Shown one piece after another: positions 12,623-25,755 of a stretch of 64,000 nt of DNA. The notes under the pieces were generated by a model. The model was not told where the DNA came from, made no database searches, and saw only the letters and a list, made by a program, of their open reading frames with translations. Positions within the stretch are counted from its first letter, which is position 1; each line of letters opens with the position of its first letter. Source of the DNA: Mobula hypostoma (Eukaryota); contig NC_086109.1 of NCBI RefSeq assembly GCF_963921235.1, positions 24,616,001 to 24,680,000 on the forward strand, written 5' to 3'. Made by a program: the position numbers and the translations under genes.

Positions 12623-13075
12623 CCTGCAGTTGCCATTGTTCATTGGTTTCACCAAGACAATGCCAGGTGAGAGCTCGTCTTGGATAAGCTAAATTTTCCC
12701 GCACCTATGTAGTTTCCCAGCCATCTGTTATGTGGAAAAGCTTCAAACAGAAATTCAATAAAACGTAGCACTGAAAAGAGTTAGAGCGATGGGTGAAAAA
12801 TTGAAATCATCTACTACACGTAATTGGCAAAGATGTTTTGGACATCTATAACAGCTTTCAAATTGATGAGATGGCCTTTAAATTGAACTCCCCAATGACA
12901 AAATTTGCTGAGTATTTTGTCCCAAGTAAAAGCATCCCAAGTCAAAGTTATAAGCTCTTTTCCTGTGACCAGAAACAAGGTGTTAGCTTTGACCAATACT
13001 TAGCTGAGCTTCACACACTGAGTAAGTCCTGTGAGTTTGGAGGTTTGAGAGATGTACTAGTTAGAGACAAAATTT
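12623..13075 (+). repeat. Copy A1 of a ~450-bp Gypsy leader/gag duplication (A2 = 17208-17665)
   Basis: tttcaccaagacaatgccaggtgagagc...gatgtact.gt.ag.gacaaaat present in both copies. Confidence 0.9.
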
Positions 13076-13375
13076 GAGTTGCTGAAAAGGGTAGTCAGTG
13101 GCTCTGGATGAAGAGCAAGGATTCCATCTGGGCCCCCAAGTGAGTGAAAGGCATCTAGGGAGTGAGCCCGGGATGCCGGGATTCACAGCTGAACCCTCCA
13201 GAGGTGTTGTGGGCCTATCAGCAAAACATTGTGGGCCTATCAGCAAAACAAGGAGGGCGCCCACTTGATAACCCAGAAGATGCCACCATCACTTGACCAC
13301 CCCACAGAGTCTAGGCAGCATGTCTCTGGAGTGCAAATAAGGGATATTAACATCTAGTCCTACATAACATACCTG
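13076..13375 (+). repeat. Copy B1 of the HERO-like element's 3' end (B2 = 16926-17211); contains a 22-bp tandem duplication at 13207-13250
   Basis: aagggtagtcagtggctctggatgaagag...taacatctagtcctacataacatacctg present in both copies. Confidence 0.9.
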
Positions 13376-16300
13376 ATCATCTGGTGTACCAGTGACTGCT
13401 GTGAAAGAGCAGCTGATAACTTGGGAAAGACCTGTGACAGCATGGAAAGACATCTGGCAGGAGGGAACGGACCCCACTGGGGCTTCTGCAGGCTAGCTAC
13501 TGGCAGCAACGGGATCCAGCATGCAAAGGTGTGTGGGTCCCAACCACCCTTGGCTACGAAAACCTGTAAGGAGAAGATGCCCCCTGAGTCAGCGAGAGCG
13601 GGGGCAGAAGATGACTCATTGGTAGACAACCTGGCAACTGATATAGGAACAGAACAGACAATGAGTTGGATGATCAGCATGCCTGAGGCTGCAGCAGCTA
13701 CAGCAGGACACAAGCTCCAGAGTTGCATACGTGGCTGGGCAAAGGTCACTTCCACTACAGGCCTGAAAATACATCAGGGCGGGAAAGGATTCCTGAAGAA
13801 GGGGCAACAGGGACCTCGCATCGACAGCTACTTTTTGAGAAGCAGGTCGAGTCAGTCGACTGAAGTTCAGCAGCAGGACAAAACCCAAAGTCTGCAGGAC
13901 GTCAATACCCCTGCCCCAGCAGAGGAGAGAAACCCGAACCCAGCCCATTATGACCTGCAATGGAAAAGAAGATCCAGGAGTGAAAGCCGTTGATTAAGTG
14001 GCCAAAATCCTGCGAGAAGACAATGTGGGAGGAGGTCAATTGAGGTCAATGCTAACCTCTCCAACATCTTAGAGGCACTCAGAGGCACCCACCATAAAGA
14101 AGTTGGAAAGAATGGAGGAATTAATCTAAAGCTATGGAGTGGAAAGTTTTACAGTGCTAGAGATGAAGAAAACTAAATCGACGATCCCCATTAAGTCCAG
14201 GAGGCGGAAGGAAATAGACCATCTAGTCAGAGAGAGGAGGCAGCTGAAGAAACAATGGAGGAAGGCCACAGAGGAGGAGAAGGAAGGCATAAACCTGTTG
14301 CAAGCAGACATCCGGAACAGGCTCGCGACACTGAGGAGAGTTGAGAACCTGGTGAGGAAGTGCAGGAAGAAGGAGTGTACAAGAACAAGCTTCGATAAAG
14401 ATCCCTTCAAGTTTGTGAAGGGTCTCTTCACGGGGGAGAAGAGTGGAAGTCTCTCAGTGTCAAAGGCAGAACTGGAAAAACACCTGGAAAAGTTATACAC
14501 AGCCATCCAACGCCACGAAGAGATCACCCTCCCACCTGACATGCTACCAATCCATCCACCAGAACACCAACTAGATATCAGCCCACTTAGATGGAGTGAG
14601 GTGGAGAAAATTGTGCATAGAGCAAGGGCCGCATCAGCTCCAGGTCCCAATGAAGTGCCATACAGGCTCTACAAAAATGCACCAGGTGTCCTGCGGTTTC
14701 TCTGGAGGCTTATGAAGATGGTATGGCATAAGCAGCAGATACCAACATCCTGGCAGAGGGCCAGAGGAATCCTGATCCCAAAGGAAAAGGGTTCATCAGA
14801 AATTGGCCAATTCCGCCAGATTAGTCTCCTAAACATCGAGGGCAAAATCTTCTTTAGTGTGGTGGCTCATAGGCTGTCAAGATATCTGCAAAGGAACCAT
14901 CTGATTGATACATTAATCCAGAAAGCAGGGATCTCAGGCTTTTCTGGCTGTCTGGAATATGTTTGCACTATCTGGCATCAGATTCAGTTTGCTAAGAAGG
15001 AGGGAACAGATCTTCACATGGTGTTCCTGGAACTCGCCAATGCCTTTGGCTCAGTCCCTCATAACCTCCTCTGGACTGCTTTCAACTTCTTCAGGGTCCC
15101 AGTGGCCCCCACAAGCCTCGTTAAGGCCTACTTCCAGGACGTGCAGCTAGGTTTGACAACAGCATATCACACCACAGTGTGGCAACATCTGGAAGTGGGA
15201 ATCATGGCCGGTTGTCCCATCTCCCCACTAGCCTTCACCATGGCCACTGAGGTGATCATTAGAGCATCTCGACGGGTGGTTGGAGGACAGCGCATAAGAC
15301 CTGACCTGAGGCTGCTGCCTATCAGAGCATACATGGACGATCTCACAACACTCACCATGACCAAGGCTTGTACTGTATGCCTGTTGAGAAAGCTTCAAGA
15401 GAACGTCAAGCAGGTTGGGCTGAAGATGGAGCTGAGCAAGTCCAGAAGCATCCCTATCGTCAAAGGGAAGCTGGAAGACCAATGTTTCTATATAGGCGAT
15501 GAGACGATTCCAACAGTCTTCGAGAAGCCTGTGAAGATCCTAGGTTGGTGGTATAACACATCCCTCAATTCACAGAGCAGGTAAATCAGCTCAGAAAGGA
15601 TGCAGTCGGTGGCCTCAAGAGCATTGACAGAACCACACTCCCTGGCAAGTTGAAGCCCTGGTGTATGTAATTTGGGCTCCTCCCACGCCGTATGTGGCTA
15701 CTATCCCTTTTGTCTCGAAGGTGGAAAAGCTGGAGAGACTGATCAGCTCATACGTAAGGGAGTGGCTTGGTCTTCCCAGGTGCCTCAGCAGCATAGGGCT
15801 CTACGGCAATGGAGTCCTAGAGCTATCCATTTCCAGTCTCTCAGAGGAGTACAAGTGCACCAAAGTAAGACTGGAGATGATGTTAACAGAGGCGAGTGAT
15901 CCATTTGTAGCCCAAGCTGCCCACATCCTGGATACTGGGAGGAAATGGACTCCATCAGAAGCAACTGAGCAAACAAAGGCAGCACTCAAGCACAAGGACA
16001 TTGTGGGCCAATGCAGCAAGGGAGGAGCGGTCTTGGCCTTGGGGACAGTACTCCAGCCTGGAACAAGGCTGCTCCGTCTCAGAAACGCAGGCTCGTGACG
16101 CAGGAGATACGTCGGCAGGAGGAGGCGGCAAGGTACGCAATGGCCATCGCTCAGGCAAGGCAAGGGCAATGGATGAGATGGGAGGGAGTGGAGAAAAGAA
16201 GGATCTCCTGGAAAGAGCTGTGGGAGATGGGGACATTCAGAGCGAGCTTCACCATCGGGGCTGCCTACGATGTCTTGCTGTCTACCATGAATCTCAGCCA

Positions 16301-17211
16301 GTGGTATGGAGAGGACCCCACATGCTCCCTCTGCCTGACTTCAGCAATACTGAAGCACATTCTGGTGGGCTGCAAGACCAGCGCTACTCAAGGCCAATAC
16401 ACCTGGTGGCACAACCAGGTGCTACAGTGTCTTGCAGCAGTGCTGGAAAGTTGGCGGAGGAGCGTCAACGCTCTCCTTCCCCCTTCATCCCACTGGCCAT
16501 TAACAGCATTTGTCCGGGAAGGTGAGGGTCAAGCCAGACTCAATACATCGAGACCAGACACCGGGCGGCTAGGCGGAGCACGTGATTGGAAAATGGTGGC
16601 AGACTTAGGCCAGAGGCTCTGCTTCCCAACTGAAATCGCGGAAACCAATGTCAGACGAGACCTTCTGCTATGGTGGGCCTCACTCCATCTCGTTTACATC
16701 ATCCAGCTTACAGTGCCCTGGAGGATGCGGTGGAGGAGGCCGATGAGCGCAAGAAGCTGAGGTAAGCTGAGCTTGCTGCCGACGCACAACAACGTGGCTG
16801 GAAAGCAAATGTTCGACCAGTCGAAGTAGGCTGCAGAGGATTTGTAGTCACATCAACATCAAGGCTGCTCCAGGAGTTGGGAGTGGGAGGGAAGACAGAC
16901 CAACAAGCGGTCAAAGACCTCTCCAGAGCTGCTGGAAAGGGTAGTCAGTGGCTCTGGATGAAGAGAAAGGATTCTATCTGGGCCCCGAAGTGAGTGAAAG
17001 ACATCTAGGGGGTTAGCTCGGGATGCCGGGATTCACTGCTGAACCCTCCGGAGGTGTTGTGGGCCTATCAGCAAAACACTGAGGAAAGAGGGAGCCCACT
17101 TGATAACCCAGAAGATGCCACCAATCACTTGGCCACCCCACAGAGTCGAGGCAGCATGTCTCTGGAGTGCAAATAAGGGATATTAACATCTAGTCCTACA
17201 TAACATACCTG
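13376..17211 (+). mobile_element. Near full-length RLE-type (R2 group, HERO-like) non-LTR retrotransposon, pseudogenised
   Basis: Degenerate N-terminal zinc finger (C..GWAKVT..GLKIHQG); RT (SAPGPN, FRQISLLNIEGK, LELANAFGSVPH, GIMAGCPISP, YMDD); CCHC (CSLC..LKHILVGC); WWHNQVL; RLE (RDLLLW..IIQLTVPW); stop at 16991-16993; several frameshifts. Confidence 0.85.
14139..15584 (+). pseudogene. Reverse transcriptase segment of the HERO-like element
   Basis: 481-aa ORF with non-LTR RT motifs including YMDD. Confidence 0.9.
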
Positions 17212-20200
17212 CACTTGCCGTTGTTCATGGGTTTCACCAAGACAATGCCAGGTGAGAGCCCGTCTTGGATAAGCTAAGTCTTCCCGCACTTATGCAGTTT
17301 CCCAGCAACCTAACTGTTATGTTTACAGTTCAAACAGAAATTCCATAAAATTTAGCACTGAATGGAGTCAGAGGGATGGATGAAAAATTGAAATCATCTA
17401 GCTTACTACACGTAATTGCCAAAGATGTTTTGGACATCTGCAACAGTTTTCAAATTGATGAGATGGTCTTTAAATTGAACTTTCTGATGACAAAATTTGC
17501 TGAGTATTTTGTCCCAAGTAAAAACATCCCAAGTCAAAGTTACAAGTTCTTTTCCTGTGACCAGAAACAAGATGTTAGCTTTGACTAATACTTAGCTGAG
17601 TTTTACACACTGAGTAAGTCCTGTGAGTTTGGAGATTTGAGGGATGTACTGGTGAGGGACAAAATAATTTGTGGAACTTCAAATAGAGAAAGATTACTAT
17701 GAAAAAGATTGAACACTGTAAAAGGCTGTGGATATGTGCAGGGCAGCAGAGACTGCACAATCACAAGCTAAGGCACTGCACAGGGCAGAAACAACAGAAG
17801 AGCAGCAAGGTGCTCTGCTGTTAGCATACAGCATAGCAAACAGGTAGGCCCAAACTGTAAATGCAGCAAATGTAGATGGGGGTATATCCCAAAGGCTTGT
17901 CCTGCTTATGGAAAGTCCTGCAATAATTGTGGGAAGATGAATGATTTTGCAAAGTGATGCAAAGCTGGGTCTACTAAAAGAAAGGTGCACATAGTTGTTG
18001 AGGAAATGGAGGAATTATTTGTCAATTTTTAATAGACTGCAGGTGCTTGTAAAACAGAATGGATTGTTTTAGTGACTGTGAATGAGGCAGCAATTCCATG
18101 CAAGCTTGGCACCGGAGCCCAAGTGAATCTATTGTCTGTGGATGATTACAAGACTCTTGAGGTAAAGAGCAAGGTTAACCCAGTTAAGTTAAAAGCGACA
18201 GGCTATCCTGAAGAGAATATTCCAGTAAAAGGGGGCTGTGTAGTGACTTTCAAGCACAAGGGACAGCACTTAAAGGCACAGCTACTGATTGTAGGAAAGA
18301 GAGTACAGCTAATATTAGGTCCAAGTGCATGTGGAAAGCTCAAACTGGGGAAAAGAGTTTTCAAAGCGGCTTAACAGTCCAAAGAAGACCACACTTCAGT
18401 TATGAAAGAGTACACAGATGTCTTTGAAGGCCTCAGGTGCTTACCTGGTGTACACAAAATTCATATAGAGGTGACAGTGACTCCTGATCTCCATGCATGC
18501 AGGGAAGTTCGGTTTGCACTTAGAGACAAACTCAGATAAGAACTAGCACACATGGAACGGATAAATATCTTACAGAAAATTGAGAACAAACAGATTGTGT
18601 GAACTCACTGGTCATTGTGCAAAAGAAAACTGGAGCATTGCAGATATGTCTGGACACAAGAGATCTCAATAAAGCCATCAAGGAAGAGTACTCTAAGTTG
18701 TCAAAATGGGTGGAGATCATGTCACCATTTGTAGGTGCCAAGTGGGTTTTGACAGATGAAGCTTGACAAGATAAGTTCCAGACTGTATACTTTTAACACA
18801 CCAAAGGGAAGATATAGCTTTCTTCAGTTACCGTATGGGGTCGTGTCCACACCAGAAGTGTACCATAAAACCATCCACATGATCTTTGAGGGCATATCTG
18901 GTGTGAAGACCATGATGGATGACATCATCATTTGGGGGTCCACCAAGGAAGAACATGTTGCTCGACTGAGACAGGTGCTTGATGTGACCTGGAATGTCAA
19001 CTTGAAATTAAATAAAGAGAAATATGAGTTTGGTGTTGAGACACTGACTTTCATTAGGGATGTCATATCAGAAGAGTGAGTGCAGCCTGACACAAGAAAG
19101 ATGTCAGCTATTGAGAACATGGTGTGGCTCCAAAACAAAGAGGAAGTGAGACATTTCTTGGGGATGGTGAATTACCTGGCTAAGTTCATCCCTCAACTGT
19201 CTACAGTCTCAGGGCCACTCCTTGAGCAGCAAAATGAGTGGATTTGGTCTTACGAGCAAGAAGATGTTTCTAGAGCCCGCGCTGAAGTTTTATGATCCTG
19301 AAAGGTGTACTAGGATCTCAGCTGATGGGTCCCGGTGTGGTCTTGGAGCAATACTAGCAGCATGATGACACATGGTAACCTGTGGCGATGCATCAAGGTC
19401 AACAAGTGCAGAAGCCAACTATGCACAGGTAGAGAAGGAGCTTTTTGCCAGCACATATGCATGCAAAAGGTTCCATTAGTATATCTATGGACCAGTTTTT
19501 GAAGTGGAGGCAGACAATAAACCATTGGTCTCAATTATGTCTAGACCACTGATTGACTGTCCCATGAGGATACAGTGCATGTTAATAAGGCTGCAAAAAT
19601 ATGACATGAAGATGACCTACACACCAGGAAAATGAACATTTGCTGCTGATGCACTGTCATGAGCAGACAACAAGAAAGAAAAGAATGACCAAGAGATAAA
19701 TGCTGATATACAGATATACAGACCTATGTAGACATGATTGTCACTTCCACTTACTCCAGTATCTCTCTCGCAACAGAACAGAGAAGGTTGAGACAGCAGC
19801 AGGGGCAGATGAAGCAATGAAGGTACTCAAAATGACAATACAGAAAGGATGGTCAGAAACTAAGAATGATTGTCCAATGTGTATTTGAGATTATTGGACC
19901 TAAAGAGCTGAACTGTCTATAGTGGAACAGATCTGTGATTCCAGTGTCGCTACACAAGGAGATGCTCCAGAAGATACATGAAGGTTATCTTGGTGAGGAA
20001 AGATGTAAATGACGAGCTTGTGAAGTGATGTACTGTCCGAGAATGAACCAAGACATCAGCCAAACTACTGCTTAATGTGAAATATGGCTTTCCCAAGATC
20101 ATAGCAGCAAGCAGAACCGCTTACATCAGACCCTGAACCAGACATGCCGTACTTCAAAGTTGGAGTGGATTTGTTTGATTGTAACGGTATGAGTCATATT

Positions 20201-20800
20201 GTTGTAAAAGACTACTTTTCCTATTACCCAGTGGTTGCAACACTGCAATCAACATCCAACAAAGCAGTCATCACCTTCCTGAAATCTGTGTTTGCGGGGC
20301 ATGGAGTTCCATGTGAAGTAGTATCAGACAATGGTCCACACTTTTCAACCTGTGAATTCAAGTCCTTTGCCAAAGATTGGTGATGCGACATATAACTTCA
20401 AGCCCACATCACCCAAAATCCAAAAGCCTGGCAGAGAGTTCAGTTAAGGCCTCATGAAGAAGGCACAAGGTGGACAAGAGGACTTACGCAGAAGTCTGCT
20501 GATTTACAGAAGAGCACCACTGCAGAATGGCCTTTCATCAGCCCAGGTGTTGATGAATTAACTCATATGCACGAGCCTTCCAGTGTATGAATACCTGTTG
20601 ACATCTAAATGAGCACACAAGGCCAAATTGGCAAAGGAGAAAGGGAAAGAGAACAGAAACAGTATCATGATGAGACTGCAAAAAGCCCACCAGTCCTGAA
20701 GCATGGAGATCAAGGGCAAACTCTGTGCGAATCTGAGATTTCAATTCCGGCACATGGTCCATGCAAAGATATGTTCAAGGCAAAGTTGCTCCTTATTCCT
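17208..20800 (+). pseudogene. Gypsy gag-pol remnants
   Basis: ORF fragments 17376-17588, 18072-18374, 18756-19079, 19080-19295, 20144-20383. Confidence 0.85.
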
Positions 20801-22029
20801 ATTAGATTCAGACAGATTGAGAAGGAACCACGTGGATCCATGAGCACATGCTTTAACTCATTGCTGTGAAACAGCCCCTGTCAGTACACCAAAGGGGCCA
20901 GCAGAGGTGAGAAACAAACTTGCTGTTCAGAGATCTCAGAAAGAGGCTAATATTAACACAGCAAGTAAAAGTAGTACATCTGCGGAGACAAATAGCAGAC
21001 CAGAGAGAAAAAAAAAATCATCAAACCACCTCAGAGACTGATTGAAAGTTCCCAAGTGAATAAGGGACTTTATTTGCTCATTGCAATTAAAATTAATGTA
21101 AATATCTTTGTTGGAAAGCATATTGTTTTCTGCAGGTTTATGAAGACATAATATTGTGTTTGGTTTGTCAGTAAAAGGTTGGGAGGGGGGAGAGGTGTTA
21201 TTATGTATGGACATAATAAAGAATCACAGTTTCCAGTGACATTGGGGGATGGGTTGCATGTGCTCATGTCAGGCTGAAGTCAATCTATAGAAAAACATTT
21301 GTTACTTTTACTCACACTAAGTTTGCCTTTTATCAACAATGACCGTGAATGAAGAGTTAGTTTTTGATGAAGCAATCTAATTGAGTTAATAAGGATACTT
21401 AGAAAGAGAGAGACAAAAAACATGTAAAGTCTGATAAAGCATCTCCTTCTTGAAATATAACTTCTGCTCAGTATTTCCAGTATTTCCTGTTTTAATTCAA
21501 TTTCCAGCTTCAGCAGATTTTTTTTTCAATTAATGTATTAATTTTAATATTTTCAGCTGATTTCATGACTATCTTTTCTACATTCATGACTCACTATCCC
21601 TGTAATCTCTTGCTTCAAACCTCAAAAAACGCTGAAATCTCTGCATTCTTGCCTTAGATGTCAAGGGGATTAAGGGGCAATGGGTGATTTCTGGTAGGTG
21701 GCAGTGAAGTCAGACAGCTTACTGAGTAGTGGAGTAGATACAAGAAATTGAATGACCTATTCCATTTCATATGTTCTTTTTTCCATTTTTCATTGTTCAT
21801 TTATGGCCTTGTTCTATGATTTAGAATTCTCTATGATCTTTGCTTATAAGATATCCTTTAAAACCTGCCTCTTTGACTTAGTAGCCTGCATTTAACTGTC
21901 ACAGATCTGCTACCTGCTCTCATCATTTACAGTCAACACATACTCAAGATTATCATAGGATACTGACCCTGAGGAACCAAGAGTTGAGCCACGCATCACC
22001 AAAGACTCTAGAAAATTTAGTTTTCTTAT

Positions 22030-22266
22030 CATTTAGAGATATGACACAGTAACAGGTCCTTTTGGCCCAAAAAGCCTATGGTGCCCAAGTACATCCACAC
22101 GACCAATTAACACACTCATCCATATGTCTTTTCACTGTGTGAAGAAATGGGAGCAATGGGAGGAAATCCGCACAGTCATGGGGAGAACGTACAAACTCCT
22201 TACAAGCAGCGGCGGAATTGAACCCGTATCACTGGCACTGTAACCGCTACACTACTGTGCTGCCCA
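22030..22266 (-). mobile_element. V-SINE-like SINE
   Basis: ggggagaacgtacaaactccttaca...ggaattgaacccg. Confidence 0.75.
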
Positions 22267-22269
22267 GTT

Positions 22270-22735
22270 TTCTGCAGATTTACCATGGAGAGCAGACAGA
22301 CTGGTTGTAACACCATTTGGTATGGATGCTCCTATGCACAGGATCGTAAGAGGCTGCAGAAGGTTGTTAGCAGTGCCGACTCCATCATGGGCACAAGCTT
22401 TCACACTATCAAGGACACCTTCAAAGGGTGGTGCCTCCATCATTATATACCCCCATCATCCAGGACATGCCCTCCTCTCTTTGCTACCATCAGGGATGAG
22501 GCACAGGAGCTTATGGATGCACACTCAGCATTTTAGGAACTGCTTTTTCGTTTCCGCCATCAGATTTCTGAGTGGTCCATGAACTCATGAATGCTATCTC
22601 ACTATTGCTCTTTTGCACTATTTATTTCTGTTTATAACTTAATCATAATTTTCTATGGCTTGCGCTGTACTGCTGCCACAAAACAACGCATTTCATGACA
22701 TATGTCAATGATAATGAACATGATTCTAATTCTGA
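22270..22735 (+). mobile_element. Rex1/Babar-type LINE 3' fragment
   Basis: TGCNTIWYG..QDRKRLQKVV; HHPGHALLSLLPSG. Confidence 0.8.
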
Positions 22736-23669
22736 TCGTATGAACGTTGCATATGCTTAAGCACTGTCTTTTAATGAAGTGGGCGAGCCAGAACAAATCT
22801 TTCCTACAAAACATTTTTGAAAACCTGGATAACATGGAAACATTTGCCCCTAGCTTTCCCAGCTACTAAAGCTACTAGGGTTGCCGAATGATTCCAAATA
22901 TCAAACTTAATGATATCAAAATTGAAATATTACAGAATTTTAAAACATATTTAGATCAATAAAGCATTACGTAAATCACAAATAATTTTAGAAGATCTTA
23001 TTCCTCCTCCTCCCCGCAAACAATCAAATACAATTTAATAAAGCCTTTGGATTGGTTTATTACAATGAAGACACTGAAATGCCAGCTCCTTTTGTATATG
23101 GAGATATTCTATGCATGCTGGAACATTGCAAGTCCTCCAGGTAATCCAGAAACAATTGGTTCCTTTCAACTGAATATACAGACACACTTTTCAAGCACTG
23201 ACTGCAAGTTCAGTAAATTCCAAATCCCTTGATACAGATCTTGCTTATCATTTTAGCCTTTTTTATTTCAAACAGGATGTTGTAAATGAGAAATCAAGAG
23301 ATTTACAAGTCTTTGACTCATGCTCCATTTAATATTTCAGCCACTTGCAACAGAAATTACAATAAACAGTTGCTCCACCAAAACAAATATATTTTATGTA
23401 AGAAAATGATTAAATTTCTAAGCTATGCAGAAATGAGCTGCAGTCTTTGTGCCTCAGGGACAGGAAATGGATGGGTTGAAATGTTTTGTACATTGAGCGT
23501 TGCAAATATCTGATGCCATTTCATGGCCAAATTTTATGCTTGGTTCAGGGGCTTAATTCAATTGAACCTTTCCACAGAGTTCTGCCTCTCTCCAGTGTAG
23601 ATCTTCTTTTAAGAAGCTGTCTTCGACCTGCATGATTTTCTTCCAAAGTGGTATGAAAAGAACAAAATA

Positions 23670-24205
23670 CACTCAGTGGCCATATTATTAGGTACACCTG
23701 TACACTTATTTTTAATGCAAATATCTAATCAGCAAATCATGTGGCAGCAACTCAATGCAAAAAAAAAGACATGGTCAAGAGGTTCATTTGTTGTTCAGAC
23801 CAAACATCAGAATTGGAGAGGAATGTGATCTAAGTGACTTTGACCGCGGGATGATTAGTAGGGCCAGATGGCTTGATTATCTCAGAAATTGCTGACCTGC
23901 TGGGAGTCTTATGCATAACAGTCTCTAGAGTTTACAGTGAAGGTGTGAGAAACAAAAGACATTCCGTGAGCGGCAGCTCTGTGAGCGAAAATGCCTTGTT
24001 AATGAGGGAGGTCAGAGGGAAACAGCTAGACTGGTTCAAGCTGACAGGAAAGCGACAATAACTCAAATGACCATGTGTTACAACAGCAGCATGCAGAAGA
24101 GCATCTCTGGACATACAACACATTGACTCTTGAAGTGGATGGGCTATAGCAGCAGGAGACCACATTGGTTTCCTCTCTTGTATCTAATAAAGTGGCAGCT
24201 AACTG
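23670..24205 (+). mobile_element. Tc1-family non-autonomous element
   Basis: TA-flanked TIR cactcagtggccatattattaggtacac; CDLSDFDRGMI..ISEIADLLG..TVSRVY transposase HTH remnant. Confidence 0.85.
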
Positions 24206-24519
24206 TATATTGGGATGCAGATTGCTAACTTTTTGACTATATTCTTATAAAATCATAAATATTGCTTTTTTTTCAATCCTTTTCCATTTCTTGTAAATAT
24301 TACAGTTTCATGTCAACTAATAAAACTTGCATTAAATTGGCTTCCCTCAGGAAATTAATAGGCTACATTTACCACAAGTCTACAATGATACAGTATGCCA
24401 TTCAGCCCAACCTAAAATTTCTACCACCAACACTCATCTCAAACCATGCAGACCTTTGTAACCTATTTCCTTTTAATTGTCTACACAATTTTCTGAGATT
24501 TAAATAATTTAACTATTCA

Positions 24520-24760
24520 ATGAGCTAAATATAGAGAAACTATTTCTGCTGATGCCAAACTCAGAATAGGAAGACATTAACTTTGGAATGAATTAGAGAG
24601 ACACATTCCTCTTACATGGAGATATAGATCTGGAATTCTCTTACCCAAAACACTGTGGATACTGGAGGCTGGCTCTACCTGTTAATATTGGGACTTAGAT
24701 TACCACTGGGCAAGGGATCAAGGCATATGGAGAAAAGGCAGGTTGAGAGATAAATTTGCC
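24520..24760 (+). mobile_element. Old CR1 3' fragment
   Basis: atctggaattctcttacccaaaacactgtggat..gggatcaaggcatatggaga. Confidence 0.55.
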
Positions 24761-25755
24761 AAGGACAGGCAAAGTGGTAGTGAAAGTCCAAGGAGCAGAA
24801 TGGATCTCTCAGTCTCTGAATCATTGTCTATTTTTAAAATGAGTGCCATTAGATGGCTTAACGTCTGAGGTTCCATGGGTCGTTCTAATTTCAAATCCAA
24901 ACTTATTGCAATTAGGGAATGGCTATTCTTTTTGAGATTCTACACTTTAATGTGTAGCTCTGAGTGTAATTATAGTGATCCCCTCATGCTGAACCAACTG
25001 ACATAACTGAATACAACATGGTACTGAGAGCACTCACTGTTAGCACTAAAGAACTTTGATCTGTTTCTAAGATTCACTGGATTTTTAATGGAGACAGAGA
25101 AGTGTTAAACAGAAGTGGAAAAAAATTGCATTCCTACCACTTCTCATTACCTCCCGAGGATCTCCAGAAATGTTTAACACTCAATGATTAAATTTTTAAG
25201 TGTACTTGCCTTGATACATCATGAAAACAATCACTAATTGTCACACGGCAGATTTCACAGGAACAGAGGATGATATAATAATCTGATTTTAGTGCAAATG
25301 TTCCCACACTTTACAATCTTGAAGTGATTTCTTCAGTATAAGTTGTTACTCTTATGGTGCTTTTGAGAGATAAATTATTGACCAGGATGTCAGCCTTCTA
25401 TAAATAGGCATATGAGATCATTATCATCTACTTTCCACCACATTGGTTTACATTCTTATTCTGACATACTACAGCAACACATGAACTGTCAGCTTAACCT
25501 TATGTCCTCAAGGACTGGAGTGGGACTTGTACTCACAATCTATTGGTTTGCTGGTTTAAAGAATAAAAATATCACCCACTAAGCCATGTCCAGCTCTTAA
25601 GTGAAAGTAATGGAAAGTTGACTGAGCTGTTCTCAAGGTAAAGTGTTGCAGAGAGAACAGAGGCCTTCATTGCATTTTGTCTGGTAATTTTCACCCAAGT
25701 CGGAGGGGAGGGAGAAATCTCACTCTGCACAGAGTAACCTCTGTGAGGAGGGGAG

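Larger units (their letters stand above)
11321..21340 (+). mobile_element. Decayed Ty3/Gypsy LTR retrotransposon with nested insertions
   Basis: 5' LTR tgttattatgtat (11321)...ataaca (12506) followed by PBS-like tggcg; purine tract 21171-21195 then 3' LTR tgttattatgtat (21196); gag FSCDQKQGVSFDQYLAEL and zinc knuckle ~17895-17960; protease KLGTGAQVNLL; RT TMMDDIIIWG; integrase KVGVDLF..SDNGPHF; order PR-RT-RH-IN. Confidence 0.9.

Noticed and set aside
13376..13470. Possible ribozyme in the HERO-like 5' UTR (ctgataa..gggaaa)
   Set aside because: Core does not match CUGANGA and I could not build convincing hammerhead or HDV stems by eye
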